In this document: piece after piece, positions 1 through 12,737 of the stretch | How positions within the stretch are numbered: the first letter of the stretch is position 1 | Layout of the letters: every line of letters begins with the position of its first letter | From: Octopus bimaculoides | Lineage: Eukaryota | Length of the DNA: 64,000 nucleotides | Direction of reading: 5' to 3' | Assembly (NCBI RefSeq): GCF_001194135.2 | Contig: NC_069003.1 | Coordinates: 32,100,660-32,164,659 of the forward strand | Program-made: the position numbers and the translations under genes | Notes under the pieces: model-generated | What the model was told of the DNA's origin: nothing | What the model saw: the letters and a program-made list of their open reading frames with translations, nothing else | Databases searched by the model: none

Positions 1-81
1 ATAATAGAAGACGCTTGCTTAAGGTACCTACCATACTGGGGCTGAACTTGGAACTATGTGGTTGGGATATTCCTTAACAAT

Positions 82-186
82 AATAGTGTTGACATTGAGT
101 TCGAAGTTTCACTCTGCTTAACCTTCATCAGACTGTCTGATGTAGCCTAAGCCGGCTGAAACTTTGAAGTCACTGCCAATACTATT
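82..186. ncRNA. Inverted pair of decayed minimal type I hammerhead ribozyme motifs (Penelope-like/retrozyme-type)
   Basis: The 52-bp arms (82-133, 135-186) match at 41/52 by hand alignment. Plus copy: CTGATGT-AGCC-TAAGCC-GGCT-GAAA-CTTTGAAGTC-ACTG. Minus copy: CAGT-CTGATGA-AGGTTAAGCAGAGT-GAAA-CTTCGAACTC-AATG. The consensus restores the core and stems I-III. Confidence 0.65.
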
Positions 187-439
187 CCTGTTAAATAATA
201 TTAAATCTACTCTATAAAAAGTATTGAGTACTCCTCCAGCTTGATGTAAAAATTGTTTTATTATAACTTGGTATACAAACATATGTCTGTATATGTATAC
301 ATGGGTAGGTGTGCAAAGCAGTGGTGGAAAATAAATTAATTTTAGATGGAATATGTTTAGGACATATTTGAACCTCTAAACGCTTTGCGCTGCAGTTGTA
401 CTGTGGAGATAAATTCTCACTTTAGACAAAAAGGTGTCG

Positions 440-822
440 GAATACATAGAAACTTTCTGAACTTCACCCAGCCCGTTCTTAGCCGAGCAACTACACCTTC
501 AGAACTCCCTCCCCCACTGCTAACTTGGTCTCCCAGGTAACAGAAGCTATCTACTATTTCTAATGATCCATCCGACCATTTGAGGGAGCCTGTTGTCTGC
601 ATATTTTTAGTGCTCATTGTACATGCACATTTACCTCACACAAAGATTATATTCTTCATTAACCTTCCTTTGATACTGCTGCACCTTTTATGTGTCCAAA
701 GCTTGTACTGGGTACAATGTTTGGAGTTTCTGCCAACACCCTCCTTACATACTGAGCAGGGCCATTTCTCAGAAGGGATTTGTGATTTGTCTGTTTTCCT
801 TCTTACTAGGACTTTGGTGAAT
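440..822 (-). mobile_element. RTE-clade LINE ORF fragment (post-RT region with Cys/His finger), one in-frame stop
   Basis: Minus-strand translation: TKVLV...KWPCSVCKEGVGRNSKHCTQYKLWTHKRCSSIKGRL...FV*GKC...LEIVDSFCYLGDQVSSGGGSSEGVVARLRTGWVKFRKFL. The F.YLG..I...GG...E...R...GW..FR motif is typical of the RTE C-terminal region. Confidence 0.85.
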
Positions 823-1680
823 GCAAAACCCTAATAACTAGGTCATGGACCTTTATGCTCTTCATGATGATAAGGTGTATAATTAAAAGATTTGGCTGAT
901 ATTTTTTGCAGGTCAAGTGATTGTATAGAGGTTGCTTCGTTTGTTCATAGATAATGATGTTACATACAATAGTAGTTTTCACTAATACATCTTTTTTTTT
1001 TTTGTTTGTTGTTTCTTTTAAATAAATGTTCCTGTTGATTTGGCATAAAAAAGCAGAACCCATCCTATCTCTTGAAAAATCTTTAATGAGTTACAACACT
1101 GCCAAATAGCTTTGATCTATTTTTTTTTGGAGAGAAAGCAAATAACTGCTGCAATCACCAAAGTGAATCATGACTATATTTTTAAGAGGAGTTATTGCAG
1201 GAGCAGTTCGGTTTTTCCGGACTATTAACCTCATTTTTTTTGCATGTTTCTATTTGTATACTTTTTTTTTTTTCTACATGACCGCATGACAAAGATGCAA
1301 GCATTATCTATTATCATTAAATCTCTTTTGCTCTGTTATATCACAAAGCATGTTAAATTTCCATGTATTTAATATTTAAAATGAGGTAAAACAAAAAATA
1401 AATCATGCATGCATGCATATGTTATTTTGAATCAATTCTACGGAGAATAGAAAGTTCCAAAATTCAAGTGCTTACATTGTTTGTATCGTTGCGCTCATCA
1501 AGTGAAGTTCTGATCAAAAGCAACTCAGCCATGACCATCCCATCATTTTATTTAGTCATAGTATACCCAGGACTATATTTTTGCATGATTTGGCTGAATG
1601 CCCTTTCTAATGCCAACCAATTTATAAACTGGACTCCTGAAGCACCACAAATTAGAAAAACCATTAATCTTTGTTGTGAA

Positions 1681-2340
1681 TAATAATAATAATCCTTTCT
1701 ACTAGAGGCACAAGGCCTGAAATTTTGGGGAAGGGGAATAGTCAATTACATTGACCCCAGTGTTTCTCTGGTGCTTAATTTATTGACCCTGAAAGGATGA
1801 AAGGCAAAGTTGATTTTGTGGGCATTTGAACTCAGAATGTAAAGATGGACGAAATGCTGCTAAGCATTTTGTCCAGCATGCTAACAGTTCTGCCAGCTCA
1901 CCACCTTATTAATCATAATAATTATGGTTTCATATTTTTTGGTGGGTGGGAGAAGTAGGTAAGTCCATTATATCAGCCCTAGTGTTCAAAAGGATGAAAG
2001 GCAAATTTGATCTCTGTGAAATTTGAACTCAGAATGTAAAGAGCTGGAAAAGGTACCACTAAGCATTTTGTCCAACTCACTAATGATTCAGCCAGCTCAC
2101 CACCTTGAAAATTATTCTTTCTATTATAGGCTATTCTTGGCAAATGGCCTAAAATTTTAGGGGTGGGGAGGCTAATCGATTACATCAACCCCCAATGTTT
2201 GATTGGAACTTACCTTATTAACCCTGAAAGAATAAAAGGCAAAATCGACCTGAATAGTATTTGAACTTAGAATGTCAAGAGCTGGAAGAAATAACTGCTA
2301 AGCATTTTTGCCAACATGCTAACGATTCTGTCAGCTTGAA
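1681..2340 (-). mobile_element. Three head-to-tail copies of SINE family B (Meta/MESC-like central domain)
   Basis: Three units of about 200-225 bp, each containing GAAAGG(A)TGAAAGGCAAA...TTTGAACTCAGAATGT...GCCAGCTCACC, separated by short (AAT)n tracts. Confidence 0.85.
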
Positions 2341-2885
2341 TAATGATAATATCAAATTTAAAAAGGTAAAAAATATACTGAAATTGCATGTTTATCAAAT
2401 TGATGAAACTGTATAAATGGCTAGCTTCGTTAGTTCTTGTGCACTTAGGATAAATTAAGATTTTATGCAAAAGATTAAAAGAGGTGGTCTTTAGCATTTG
2501 AAAGTTGAGCTTTGTATTGAAGTATTAAAATTCTTCAAACTCAATGAATTCAGAACAAGAATTTAATGAGTGTTTAACAAATAATTCATGGCTTATGAGA
2601 TTGGCATTTCTTGCTGCAATGTTATCTAAATTATATGAAGTTAATCTTTTATTACAAAGAAACAGTATTATGGCTTTTTTATAACAATGCATAAAATTTC
2701 AGCATTAAAAATGAAATTTGAATTTTGGTTTTCAATAAAAAAGTGATTGCTTCCTCCTTTTGATTACATTCTTACTTCCTTTGGGTTTCACTGTCAAATA
2801 TGCAATGAAGTCCAGCAAGAAGTTAGTGGTGCTCTTTTCGATGCTTGAATCAATTGCACTCACCTTTATTGGAATATTTTCCTAC

Positions 2886-3375
2886 AGACCCATTGCCATT
2901 TAACTTCCATTTTCCATGCTGGCATGGGTTGGACAGTTTGACAGGAGCTGGTGAGCAAGAGGACTGTGCCAAGCTTTACTGTTTGCTTTAGCATGGTTTC
3001 TATGACTGGATGCTCTTCCTAATACCAACCATTTTTTGGTGCTTTTTATATGTGGCCCCAGCACCAGTGAATTCACCAAGTAATTTTGCCAGATGACAAT
3101 CCCTACCTCAACTGATAGTGGGAGCAGTATTAAGGGGGGTAGCTTTGTGTCAGGTGATGAGAAGTTAAAGTTTGATAGAGATACAGATGCAGGTTGTTTT
3201 GCTGTAGAGGAGATACATGGCTACCCCAGTTAAAGAGAGAGAGAGAAGATGGTGGTGAGGTTACAGGGAGGTGAATATAAGTGGTACAAAGGATTAGACA
3301 GAGTGAGTGGGCAGGCAAGTTCATAAGAATGTGAAGAGAGGGTGGGAGACTGGGGGAGTGGGTGGAATGCAATTA
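2886..3375 (-). mobile_element. Family E element (RTE 3'UTR-like, GAT-tailed family) with purine-rich body
   Basis: TTTCCATGCTGGCATGGGTTGGACAGTTTGAC...GGATGCTCTTCCTAATACCAACC is shared with copies at 17412, 27650, 41160 and 60990, followed by a GA-rich segment like the one at 45100-45640. Confidence 0.7.
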
Positions 3376-3844
3376 GTGAGGAGATGAGGAAAAACTAATA
3401 GTAAAATCATCATGCCAATGAAGGTGATGCTTTTTGTCGGCACTCAATCTGCTAGACATAGCAGCTAAAGCTCTTCCAAATCACACCTCAAATAAGAAGT
3501 ATACATTGGATTGTGTAGTTACTAATATAGTAAAAAATAGGCGTGGCTGAATTGGATAGGAAATATGCTACTCAGTCATGAAGTTCCAGTTTGATCCTAC
3601 TGGGTGGAATTTTGGGGAATGTCTTTATCATAGCCTCAAGTTTGAGAGTGAAACTGGGTAAATGGAAACTCTGAGGAAGCCCATCAAATGGAATTGTATG
3701 TGTAATTCATAGGTCCAGCCTTGTCACATTGTGTCACAAGGATTTGATTTAGAAATGCCACTTATATATTAATTTAATGAGTTTGACTTTCAGTCGGTGA
3801 CACGACTGAATACTCTGTTGAAACTGATAAAGGATCTTTTAAGA

Positions 3845-4117
3845 CAGGGGTTTTCAAACTTTTTGACTTGCGGACCCCTTTATATTTCAGGCTTTACCTT
3901 AGGGACCCCCTTATAAACGCTTATGAAATTTATACATAAATATTTGCTTAAAATAACATATTTTTACATTTGTTTATTTAACAGTATTTAACAAATAGGT
4001 TTATTGTCAATTAAAAGATTTCGATTAAAAAACATATATAAAATCAAATTGCCCATAAAAAGTATTTGCTGTCCACGGACCCCCTGTCTTGTCCGGACCA
4101 CGGTTTGAAAACCTCTG
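3845..4117. mobile_element. hAT-family MITE, 273 bp
   Basis: TIRs CAGGGGTTTTCAAAC ... GTTTGAAAACCTCTG, with a perfect 8-bp TSD TTTTAAGA at 3837-3844 and 4118-4125. Confidence 0.92.
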
Positions 4118-5489
4118 TTTTAAGAAATAGGATGATCAGTTTAAAGAGGTGCTCACTTAGGACTAAACCACAACATATCCAATGAGCCAGTTTTTGAGCT
4201 TATACACCAGTGGTTCACAGTCTATGGGTTTCCTGTTCAAACTGGATTCTGGGATAAATCTGAATGGTTTACAAAAACAAAAAATCCTTTACTTCTGAAG
4301 TATTTGATAACATGTTACATTACAAGCATTTACTGCAAACAATAGGCAGAAATATTTCCAGTTGACACTGGAGCAATATAGCCTTGCAGCTTGCCAGACC
4401 CTGTCAAACAGTTCATGGATAATGCCAGAATGGAAAACAGATGTTACATGTTGATGATGATTTCCCTGAGTGTTAAGTATTGCCCCGTCAGAATATGTAT
4501 TTTTGGAAAATTGTTAATGTCGCTGTTTAACCACAGGCCAACTCTGTGGGAGAAGACTTATGGTAAAAAAAAAAAAGAAAAAAATGTTCCAACTGTGCTC
4601 ACCTCATGTTATTTACCTGTAGGTCTTCCTTGATTGAGCAAACCTATAGTCACTGGCATTCTAACCAGAACCATTCCATATTTAGCAGCATCTAAGAAAA
4701 CACTGTATCTTTTTCTTTTTTAAGACTGCATGGTGTGGTTTGAGGAAGATCTGATTACTAGTTCTAGTAGGTGAGGGAACCATGTAGAAGTCCTGTCTTG
4801 CTTATCAGGAATAGTTTATCTAGGACTGCATTAATTAATGTACTCTTCCCTTTTTTTTTTTTTTTTTTTTTCAGACTGTAGAGGTGATTTTAGGGAGATT
4901 TAACTTCTATTTCTAGTAATTTAAACTCTCTTGTAGACATTTCCTTATTGGCTCATTTCAAACATCGTTATTTAGGTATGTGTAAATTAAGTGCAGTTTC
5001 CTATTACTAGCTAGTAACTTTACTAGTTTTCTATTATTAGCTAATAACTTCATTTTGAGTTGTTCATCTTTAAACAATCTTTTTTTTGTTTTTCTTTTTT
5101 CTTCCTTTTTCGAACTAGTGTTCATAACAGAATTTGCTTGCTTGATGTTCGGAAGAAGTGTTTTGATCTTATTGTATGATGTAACTTTTATTTATTAGTA
5201 GTTAGAATTCCTTTAAGGAATTGCAATTTATCTATCACACGAACACACACGCTTTCACACTTCTTTCCTTTCTCTGTCTCTTGCAATTGAATCTGATACT
5301 CCATTGTTTGATCTTGCTGTGTTGTGAGACTATTAAAAAGTATGTTTCTCTCTAAGCTGTCAATTAATTTATAAATATGAGTGTGCACTTTGAACAAACC
5401 AAGTAAATAATCTAAATTGCATTTTTGTTATAGACTTATTTCAGAAGATAAAATAGTATTTTGTCTTTAGATAACTTTGGTGCTTAATA

Positions 5490-5490
5490 T

Positions 5491-5566
<76 letters not shown>
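5490..5566. repeat. Compound (TA)n(TG)n(TA)n microsatellite
   Basis: Directly visible. Confidence 0.95.
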
Positions 5567-6411
5567 GTGTGTATAAGCATGTGTGTGTAAAATAAATTTA
5601 TTGCTTCACAACATCTTTTAACTTAGATTTCCAGTTGATTATAATCTAACTCAATGTAAAGTGTACTTTCTTATTTCCTAAAAATCAATGTTTTAGAGAT
5701 AAGTAAAGTTATTCTGAAGGATGTATCAAAGAGAATTGGTAGAATCTGCGGAAATTAGTGATGGTCTGTGTCTGAATAGAGTGAATACAAACAACTTACA
5801 AACTGAGAATAAACTGGTTTTCCACAAAGAAGATGAAAGGTCTGATGTATCATGCAGGGCCCCACAAAGAAAAATGAATGTTAGCTTGCCATGAGAGAGC
5901 TGAGGTCTGACATTTCAGCTAAGTTAAGTCCCTTCGTTAGAGCAGAGTTTGTATAAGCACTATTCTTTACCTCACAGCTTACTAATTTCACTTTTTGAAC
6001 TTTTTGTAAAATAATGATCTTTGGCACAAACCTAAATTGGAACCAAGATCTCAATTTAATGTTTGCTCTGAAAAAACTTTGATAAATACTAAATTTATAG
6101 ATAGAGCCAATGAGGGAGCTTCTATATCAAGGGTGTAAAATTTGTTTGGTTTTGCTTGCTGGACTGAACCTTTATACATTTAAACCTTTTTACAATTAAA
6201 CTGGCCATATCTGGCCAGTTTAGCTGTAAATCGTTTAGTTATTCTATGTGTTTTATGTTCAAACTAGCTAGTTCCAGTCTCTCACACCTACCTTATAATG
6301 TCATTCTAAAAATAAGCAATCACATCATTGAAATCTTGAAGCTGTGAGATACTACATGATAATTCAAAACAATATGACTAAATAAGCATTACACTTGACA
6401 GAGAAATTTGA

Positions 6412-6717
6412 AGTGTCTTCTGCTATAAGCTCCAAGTGGACCAAAACTCTATGATTGGATTTGGTAGCTGGAAAATGAAAGAAGCTTGTTGTGTGTCTGT
6501 GTATACATGTATGTGTCTGTGTTGTATTTGTCCCCCATTACTGCTTAACAATCAATGTTGGTTTGTTTACATCCCCATAACTTTGGTGAAAGAAACTAAC
6601 AGAATAAGGATTAGACAAAAAAAAAGGGTGTTTGAATTGTTTAACTAAACCCTTCAAGATGGTGCTCCAGCATGGCCACAGTACAATGACAGCAGCTAGT
6701 GAAAAGAAGAAAAAAAG
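6412..6717 (+). mobile_element. Family A tRNA-derived SINE, 5'-truncated and diverged
   Basis: GGATTTGGTAG..GGAAA.TGAAAGAAGC, internal GT tract, tail GGTGCTCCAGCATGGCCACAGT...AAAAGAAG. Confidence 0.75.
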
Positions 6718-6981
6718 ACCCCCCCCCCTCCAATTATGTTGTTAGAAATCTTGTTCTTTAAATTACAAATATATAAATTACATATTGAAACCAATTAGTT
6801 CGATATTTTTGGTGGCCAAGCTGTTTGCTTAAAGCACATTTATCGAATACTTGAGAAATGTTGAAAACATTTATATAAATAAGTCAACTAGTGTCTTACA
6901 TTATATAAACATACTTTCATTGAGCAAATGGTTTTTGTTTTTGCACTTTTTAATTGGTTATATTTATCTGGGGAATATGTA

Positions 6982-7021
<40 letters not shown>

Positions 7022-7724
7022 TTTTTTAATATTAAATTTTCTCTATTTGGTAAATCAAATTATCCTTTTCTCTCTCGATATGCTAAAGATATAATGACAG
7101 TTATATAAATGTTAGGAAATAAATGTTTGTCTCTGAATTTTAGTCTTACCAATCTGAAGTAATTGATTTCCAATTTCTTTCACCAAAATCAAAAACATAT
7201 TTACATGTTGAGGTTATTGAACATTTAAACACTTTTGCAGTATTGGCTGCCTAAAATAACACTTTCACATTCAATCTCTCTCTCCCTCTCTTAGCACCAC
7301 TTCAAACTTACAAGTCAGCTCTACATGGTCGCTTGACCTATTAGAAATAGCTGCCAAATTTCCCTCAAACTACACCTTATCTTCTTACACAAACAAACTG
7401 AAAGAGATGTATAATTCGATCCTAGATAACTTCAACCTTTTAGCATTCAGATTACTCTGTCAGATGTAATGCTTAATTATTCACATTGTTTTGGATTGAC
7501 ATGGGGCAGTAAAATCATAAACACACCAACATACTTATGGTAATAAGCATGTATGTGAACACACACTTTCACATACATGCTTACTCACACATTCACAAAC
7601 AAATCCATACTCATATTTACTCATGATGAAAATGATGGATCCTCTGTCAGTCTCAACAACCGGCATTCAGTTGTTCATTAAATTAATGTATAAATGGCTG
7701 AGAGCTGGCAAAAATGAGTTGTAC

Positions 7725-7885
7725 CTGTAATTCAATGAGTCAGCCTTGTCGCATTCTGTGTCATGTTGAATCCACCTGAGAACTATGTTAAGGGTACATG
7801 TGTCTGTGGAGTGCTCAGCCACTTGCATGTTAATTTCATGAGCAGGTTGTTCCATGGATTAAATCAACTGGAACACTTATGTTAA
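7725..7885 (+). mobile_element. Old copy of the OR-type SINE body (see 37108)
   Basis: GTCAGCCTTGTC.CA..CTGTGTCA.G.TGAAT...C.GAGAACTA.GTTAAGGGTACA.GTGTCTGTGGAGTGCTCAGCCACTTGCA matches 37330-37440, with CpG decay. Confidence 0.8.
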
Positions 7886-7933
7886 CTGACAGAGATCCAG
7901 GCCACAAATGATTGAATATTCCATACACATCTA

Positions 7934-8158
7934 CCCTTTAGCATTCAGATTACTTTGTCATATGTAATGCTTTTTTATGCACATTGTTTTGAATTAATCA
8001 TGCATTATCTCATAATTTTGAGATTTTGATGAAGGCGATTGTTTATTTTTAGAATGACATTGTAGGATAGGTGTGAGAGGCCAAATCTGGCCAGTTTGAA
8101 CATAAAACAGGTAGAAAATTTGGGCTGGACATGGCTGATTTAAATGCTAAAGAATTAA
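7934..8158 (+). mobile_element. TTAA-type (piggyBac-like) MITE family 1
   Basis: CCCTTTAGCATTCAGATTAC ... AAATGCTAAAG; same body as the 29850-30057 copy. Confidence 0.75.
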
Positions 8159-9044
8159 ATGAATGGTCAAAGCGGGAATCCCTTCTATCACAGGTCTGTT
8201 CAACCAGGTTTGATCTGGACCACTCACAAGGCTTTGGTTGGCCCAAGGCTGTAGCAGAAGACACTTGCCCAAGGTGTCATGCAATGGGACTGAACTCAGA
8301 ACCATGTGGTTGGGAAGCAATCTTCTTACCACACAGTCATGCCTGCACTTGTAAGGATTTCTCATCAATTTAATCTTTTGAAATTTCAAATGTGTTAAGC
8401 TATTAATTAAAAGAGGTGTTGCTTATTAAACATTAAACTTCAGAAAATGTTATGCATATTAGCAGAAATTCATTTCAATGTGAAAATTTGGTTGTGTGAA
8501 CCACATTAGCACCTTGAAATAGTTTGAGAGAGAGAGAGAAAGACATGTAGAATTATATATTGTTATGAGATGACATCAGTAATCTGGGCTTATGAATTTT
8601 ATGCTTACCGAATTTAATTCCATTAGAAAAGGTGATAATTTGGTTAACTGAGATTTAGAAATTTCTCATTGGTCTTTCTTACAGGCAATTACTAAGAATG
8701 TAGTGAATCTTCTAAAATAATTGGTTCATAATATTAGAAATATAGCTTTGTATCTTAAAAAAAAAAATGGCATGTCATTAAGTGCATGATTTTGAAATTA
8801 TTTTATTAAATAATCATCTGCTTCATATAGAGTTGATATTGATTTCTAATATTGGTACAAGGCTTCACAGATTTGAAGGGAAGATATTATCAATTACATC
8901 AACTACCATCTTGACTCCACCCCCCCACCCTTCCACCATTAGAAAGAAAGGTGAACCTGATCAACTCTGGTTGGATTTGAATTTGGAACTGTTTGACATT
9001 TTGATCATCACTCTACCGATTCTGCCAATCTACTGACCTTATTC

Positions 9045-9405
9045 TTTTATTCTTTTACTTATTTCACTCATTAGACTATGGCCATGTCGGGACACCACTT
9101 TGAAGAAATTTAGTTGAATGAATCGATCCCAGTACTTTTGTTTTTAAAGCCAGGTACTTCTTCTATCAGTCACTTTTGCCAAACCACTAAGTTACAGGGT
9201 TGTAAACAAACCAACATTGGTTGTCAAGCGATAGTGGGGACAGGCAGGCAGGCACACACATACACGATGGGCTTCTTTCAATTTTCCTCTACCAAATCCA
9301 CTCACAAGGATTTAGTCAGCCCAAGGTGCCATGTAGCAGGACTGAACCCAGAACCATGTGGTTGGGAAGCAAAATTTTTTTGCCACATCGCCACTCCTGC
9401 ACCTA
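9045..9405 (-). mobile_element. Family A SINE, near full length
   Basis: Aligns by eye along its length to the young copy at 42824-43247. Confidence 0.8.
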
Positions 9406-10787
9406 TGTTGTAATTATATTAGCATATTTTAAAATTGTTGTGTTTTCGGGATAGTCATTTTGTTATCAGTTAATTAGATAATTAGTTAATAAGTGAATAG
9501 TTAAAATCCGTTTGTCATTGCTTGTGACCTTATCATTGGCAGTATGCCCTTCCAACACCTTTACATGATAACATTTTGAATATTTAAATACTACAGTACC
9601 AGTTATACCTAAGTACCGCCTATTGTAAATGTGGAAGTTTCTTGTATCATGATTAAGAAATAGATTAATAATTAAAATAAGTTTTAAAATTCGTTATTTA
9701 CTAATAACTCAAATTTGATGGATGAATATAGTTGATTAAATTGACTGAAGTACTTAGTTCTTATTTTCTCATTGCTGGAAGGATGAACAGCAAAGTTGAC
9801 CTTGGTGGGATTTGAACTCAGAATGTAAAGAAGTCAGAACTAAGTGCTGCAGAGAGCATGTCTCTGACACTCTAATGATTTTGTTCATCAGTGTTTATAT
9901 ATATGAATGTACATTCCATTTGCAATAGACTGAGTCTGTTAAATGTTTATGAAAATCTATTCACCAATGGAGTTTAGTGTGTCTCTATGAAGGAACTATG
10001 TGAAATAATCACATTAATTAAAAAGTAAAAAAAAATGTGCAGATATTGTTAGAAAGATCCCCTGAAGTGATTTCATTGCAAGATAGCTTAAAGACCAGGA
10101 TAGTTATCTGAAAGACAGTAGTGATAATAGAATATGAGATCTAGTGCTTGAAAGTTATTATATTCTCACCTCATGCATGAGTGGTTGGCATCAGGAAGGA
10201 AGGAAAGAGCCTAAGATATAAAATTGAGGCTATATTAATTAATGAAAGGCTGAATATGTTAGAACCAATCTTTAATGATACTTGTAAATCAATACAGTTA
10301 TTAAATTGACCTGATGTTTAAAGCATTTCAACTAACTATTACCACATTTAGTTATTCTTAATGAAGATATTAAAAGTAGCAGGATTTGATATCCAGGCTT
10401 TATGAGTTAACAAACTGTTTATCACTAATGATGTAGTCAAAATAGTACATCAATAAAATGTTTGAACTTAATACTGGATAACATTAATTTATAATATTGG
10501 CTTGGCTTTTAAATATTGGTTAAATTTGTTATATGAATCATGTACAATTATGGCGTATTTGTAATATAACTATATGGGGGAAAACTTTTTGTAAGATATA
10601 AAATAATTATGATGTGGTGGTAATATGCCGTATGGCGAAAACAGGGGAAAACTTTTTATAAGTTGTAGTTGTATAATTAAGTTAATGCAGAGAACATTAA
10701 AAAGTTATCGAGAAATTTATAAAACTCCATGTATACAGACATTTCAAAAGTAAACAGGCACCCTTCATGTGTGTGTGTGTGTGTGTG

Positions 10788-10928
10788 TATATGTTGATGT
10801 AACTATGATGTTTTGGTGATCTGTGTGTGTGTGTGTATATAGTATGTTGACGTAACCATGATGTTTTGGTGATCTGTGTGTGTGTGTGTGTACATATGTT
10901 GATGTAATCATGATGCTTTGGTGATCTG
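10788..10928. repeat. Minisatellite, about 2.7 copies of a ~50-bp unit containing a GT tract
   Basis: TATGTTGA(T/C)GTAA(C/T)(T/C)ATGATG(T/C)TTTGGTGATCTG occurs three times. Confidence 0.85.
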
Positions 10929-11098
10929 ATGAGCTAGCTGTTTTTATTTGCCTTAATTTGTAAATTAGCAGTTGTATTGTATAATGCTGAGCATACATAT
11001 TAATACAGACCTGTACACACTTTTGTTTGCATATTGAAATTAATACTATATGAAGAAGGTTGCGAAACAGCCGTAATCCTATGAAAATCATGTGATTA

Positions 11099-11133
<35 letters not shown>

Positions 11134-12409
11134 CCTCATGCTTCTTGACTTTATGCTTTACATACTTCTTACAGCATCATTTTAACACTTGGATGTTTGA
11201 GATTTTCAGTTACATAGTTACTTTACATTACACTATTTTGTATTTGATTACAATGTGGACTGAAAGCTGAGTCTGTAAAAGGAGTTTACTGTGATAACTG
11301 CACACTTCTCTGAATTCATACTACTCATCTCTCTGTTGGTCTATCTATCTACCCATCCATCCATCCATCCATCTCTATTTATATGTATAAAATAAGGTAT
11401 TTAGTTACTTTTGAGACATCTATGTATAATAGGTATTTTTTCACTAAAATCAAAATTTATGTTCACCTGTGTATTGTAAATGGTATTTATTAGACTGCAA
11501 AATTTTCCCCCTGCCCACTTTTATTAAGAAAAACACGAGGTAATAAAGTTTTACTATTTTCTCAACAATTTTCCATTTTATGCAAATTTTTCATGTAAAA
11601 TGAAATTAAAGACAGATATATTGGATTTCAGTAGATTATCCACTTTTGCTGCAGTTGTGCAACACTGCATGCTATACATAATATTATATGCTTTTAAAGA
11701 CGATTTAGTCTTCAAACTTTAGATGTGCCTTGTGCATCATAGCATATAATACTAAGACAGTTATGGTATGTGGTAACTGCTAATTTTGTGTTAATTTATT
11801 TCATGCAGGGCACATTAAAAAGCTATCTAGAGATAATTATGTTTTGGGAGAAGAAAAAAAGACAATATTAGGTCAATGAATGACTAATATTTTGATAATT
11901 TCAGCAGGCATAGATGACATCTGCACTAAGATACAAACACTCCTTTGTCATTCTGGGTCAGCAATCTAGTGACCCAGTGATTAGCCATTAGAAACCGGTA
12001 ACTGATTGCAGCCAATCAAACCTCATAGTCTTAAACTATAAAATGAGTTGAATAAAAGAGAACCAATCTTTTTTACAGAATACCCACGTTCTTGAAGACA
12101 ATTTCTTAAAACATTTTAGCCTGATATATATTTAATCTAGCTTTACTTACTGTACATGTTAATTTTATTGTTTGTAGTTGTTTAACCTTTAATGGACCCT
12201 AATTGAGCAGATCCACAATCAGAAGCATTTTATCTATGCCCAACCTATCTTTTTGAGAGGGTTTTTTGAATACTATTACATTATTTAATGTCTCTATTTC
12301 ATATTTTTTTTTTTTTAGTAAGGTCATAGTTTGAGAGATTTTTGGCTTCTATTTCCAGCAGATTAAGTGAACATGTAAGGGTTCTCTCATTAGTTTGTGT
12401 TTGTTGTGT

Positions 12410-12500
12410 ACCCTGGGCCACTTGTTGCATATGGATAGTTGGTTGAATCTTCACCAGGTGCATCTAGTGCAGGAACAGTCAACTGGAATGTAATACACTG
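12410..12500 (+). mobile_element. Very decayed RTE 3' ORF fragment
   Basis: LGHLLHMDSWLNLHQVHLVQEQSTG resembles the WLGHL.RM...R.P.QV...Q.TG motif seen at 42180-42320. Confidence 0.35.
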
Positions 12501-12529
12501 GATATGTTGCAAATTCTTAACAGAACATT

Positions 12530-12737
12530 AACTCATTAACATATATACTGGCCACATCTGGTTCAAATATTCTGTCTTTTTTATGTTCAAAATGGCTTGA
12601 GCCAGCTTTTCATACCTACCCTACAATGTCATCATCAAAATCTTGATGCTAAGAGATAATGCTTGATTAATTCAAAAGATTGTGAATAAATAAGCATTAC
12701 ATTTGAAAGAGTAATCTGAATACTAAATGGTTAAACT
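12530..12737 (-). mobile_element. TTAA MITE family 1
   Basis: Reverse complement of the family body, ending GAATACTAAATGGTTAA. Confidence 0.7.

Noticed and set aside
5721-5894. 57-aa ORF MYQRELVESAEISDG...VSLP
   Set aside because: It looks protein-like but has no recognisable motif, no convincing splice partners, and a length expected by chance.
11953-11977. Isolated 8-bp hairpins (also 3789-3810 and 24463-24488)
   Set aside because: A few such hairpins are expected by chance in 64 kb, and there is no supporting context.
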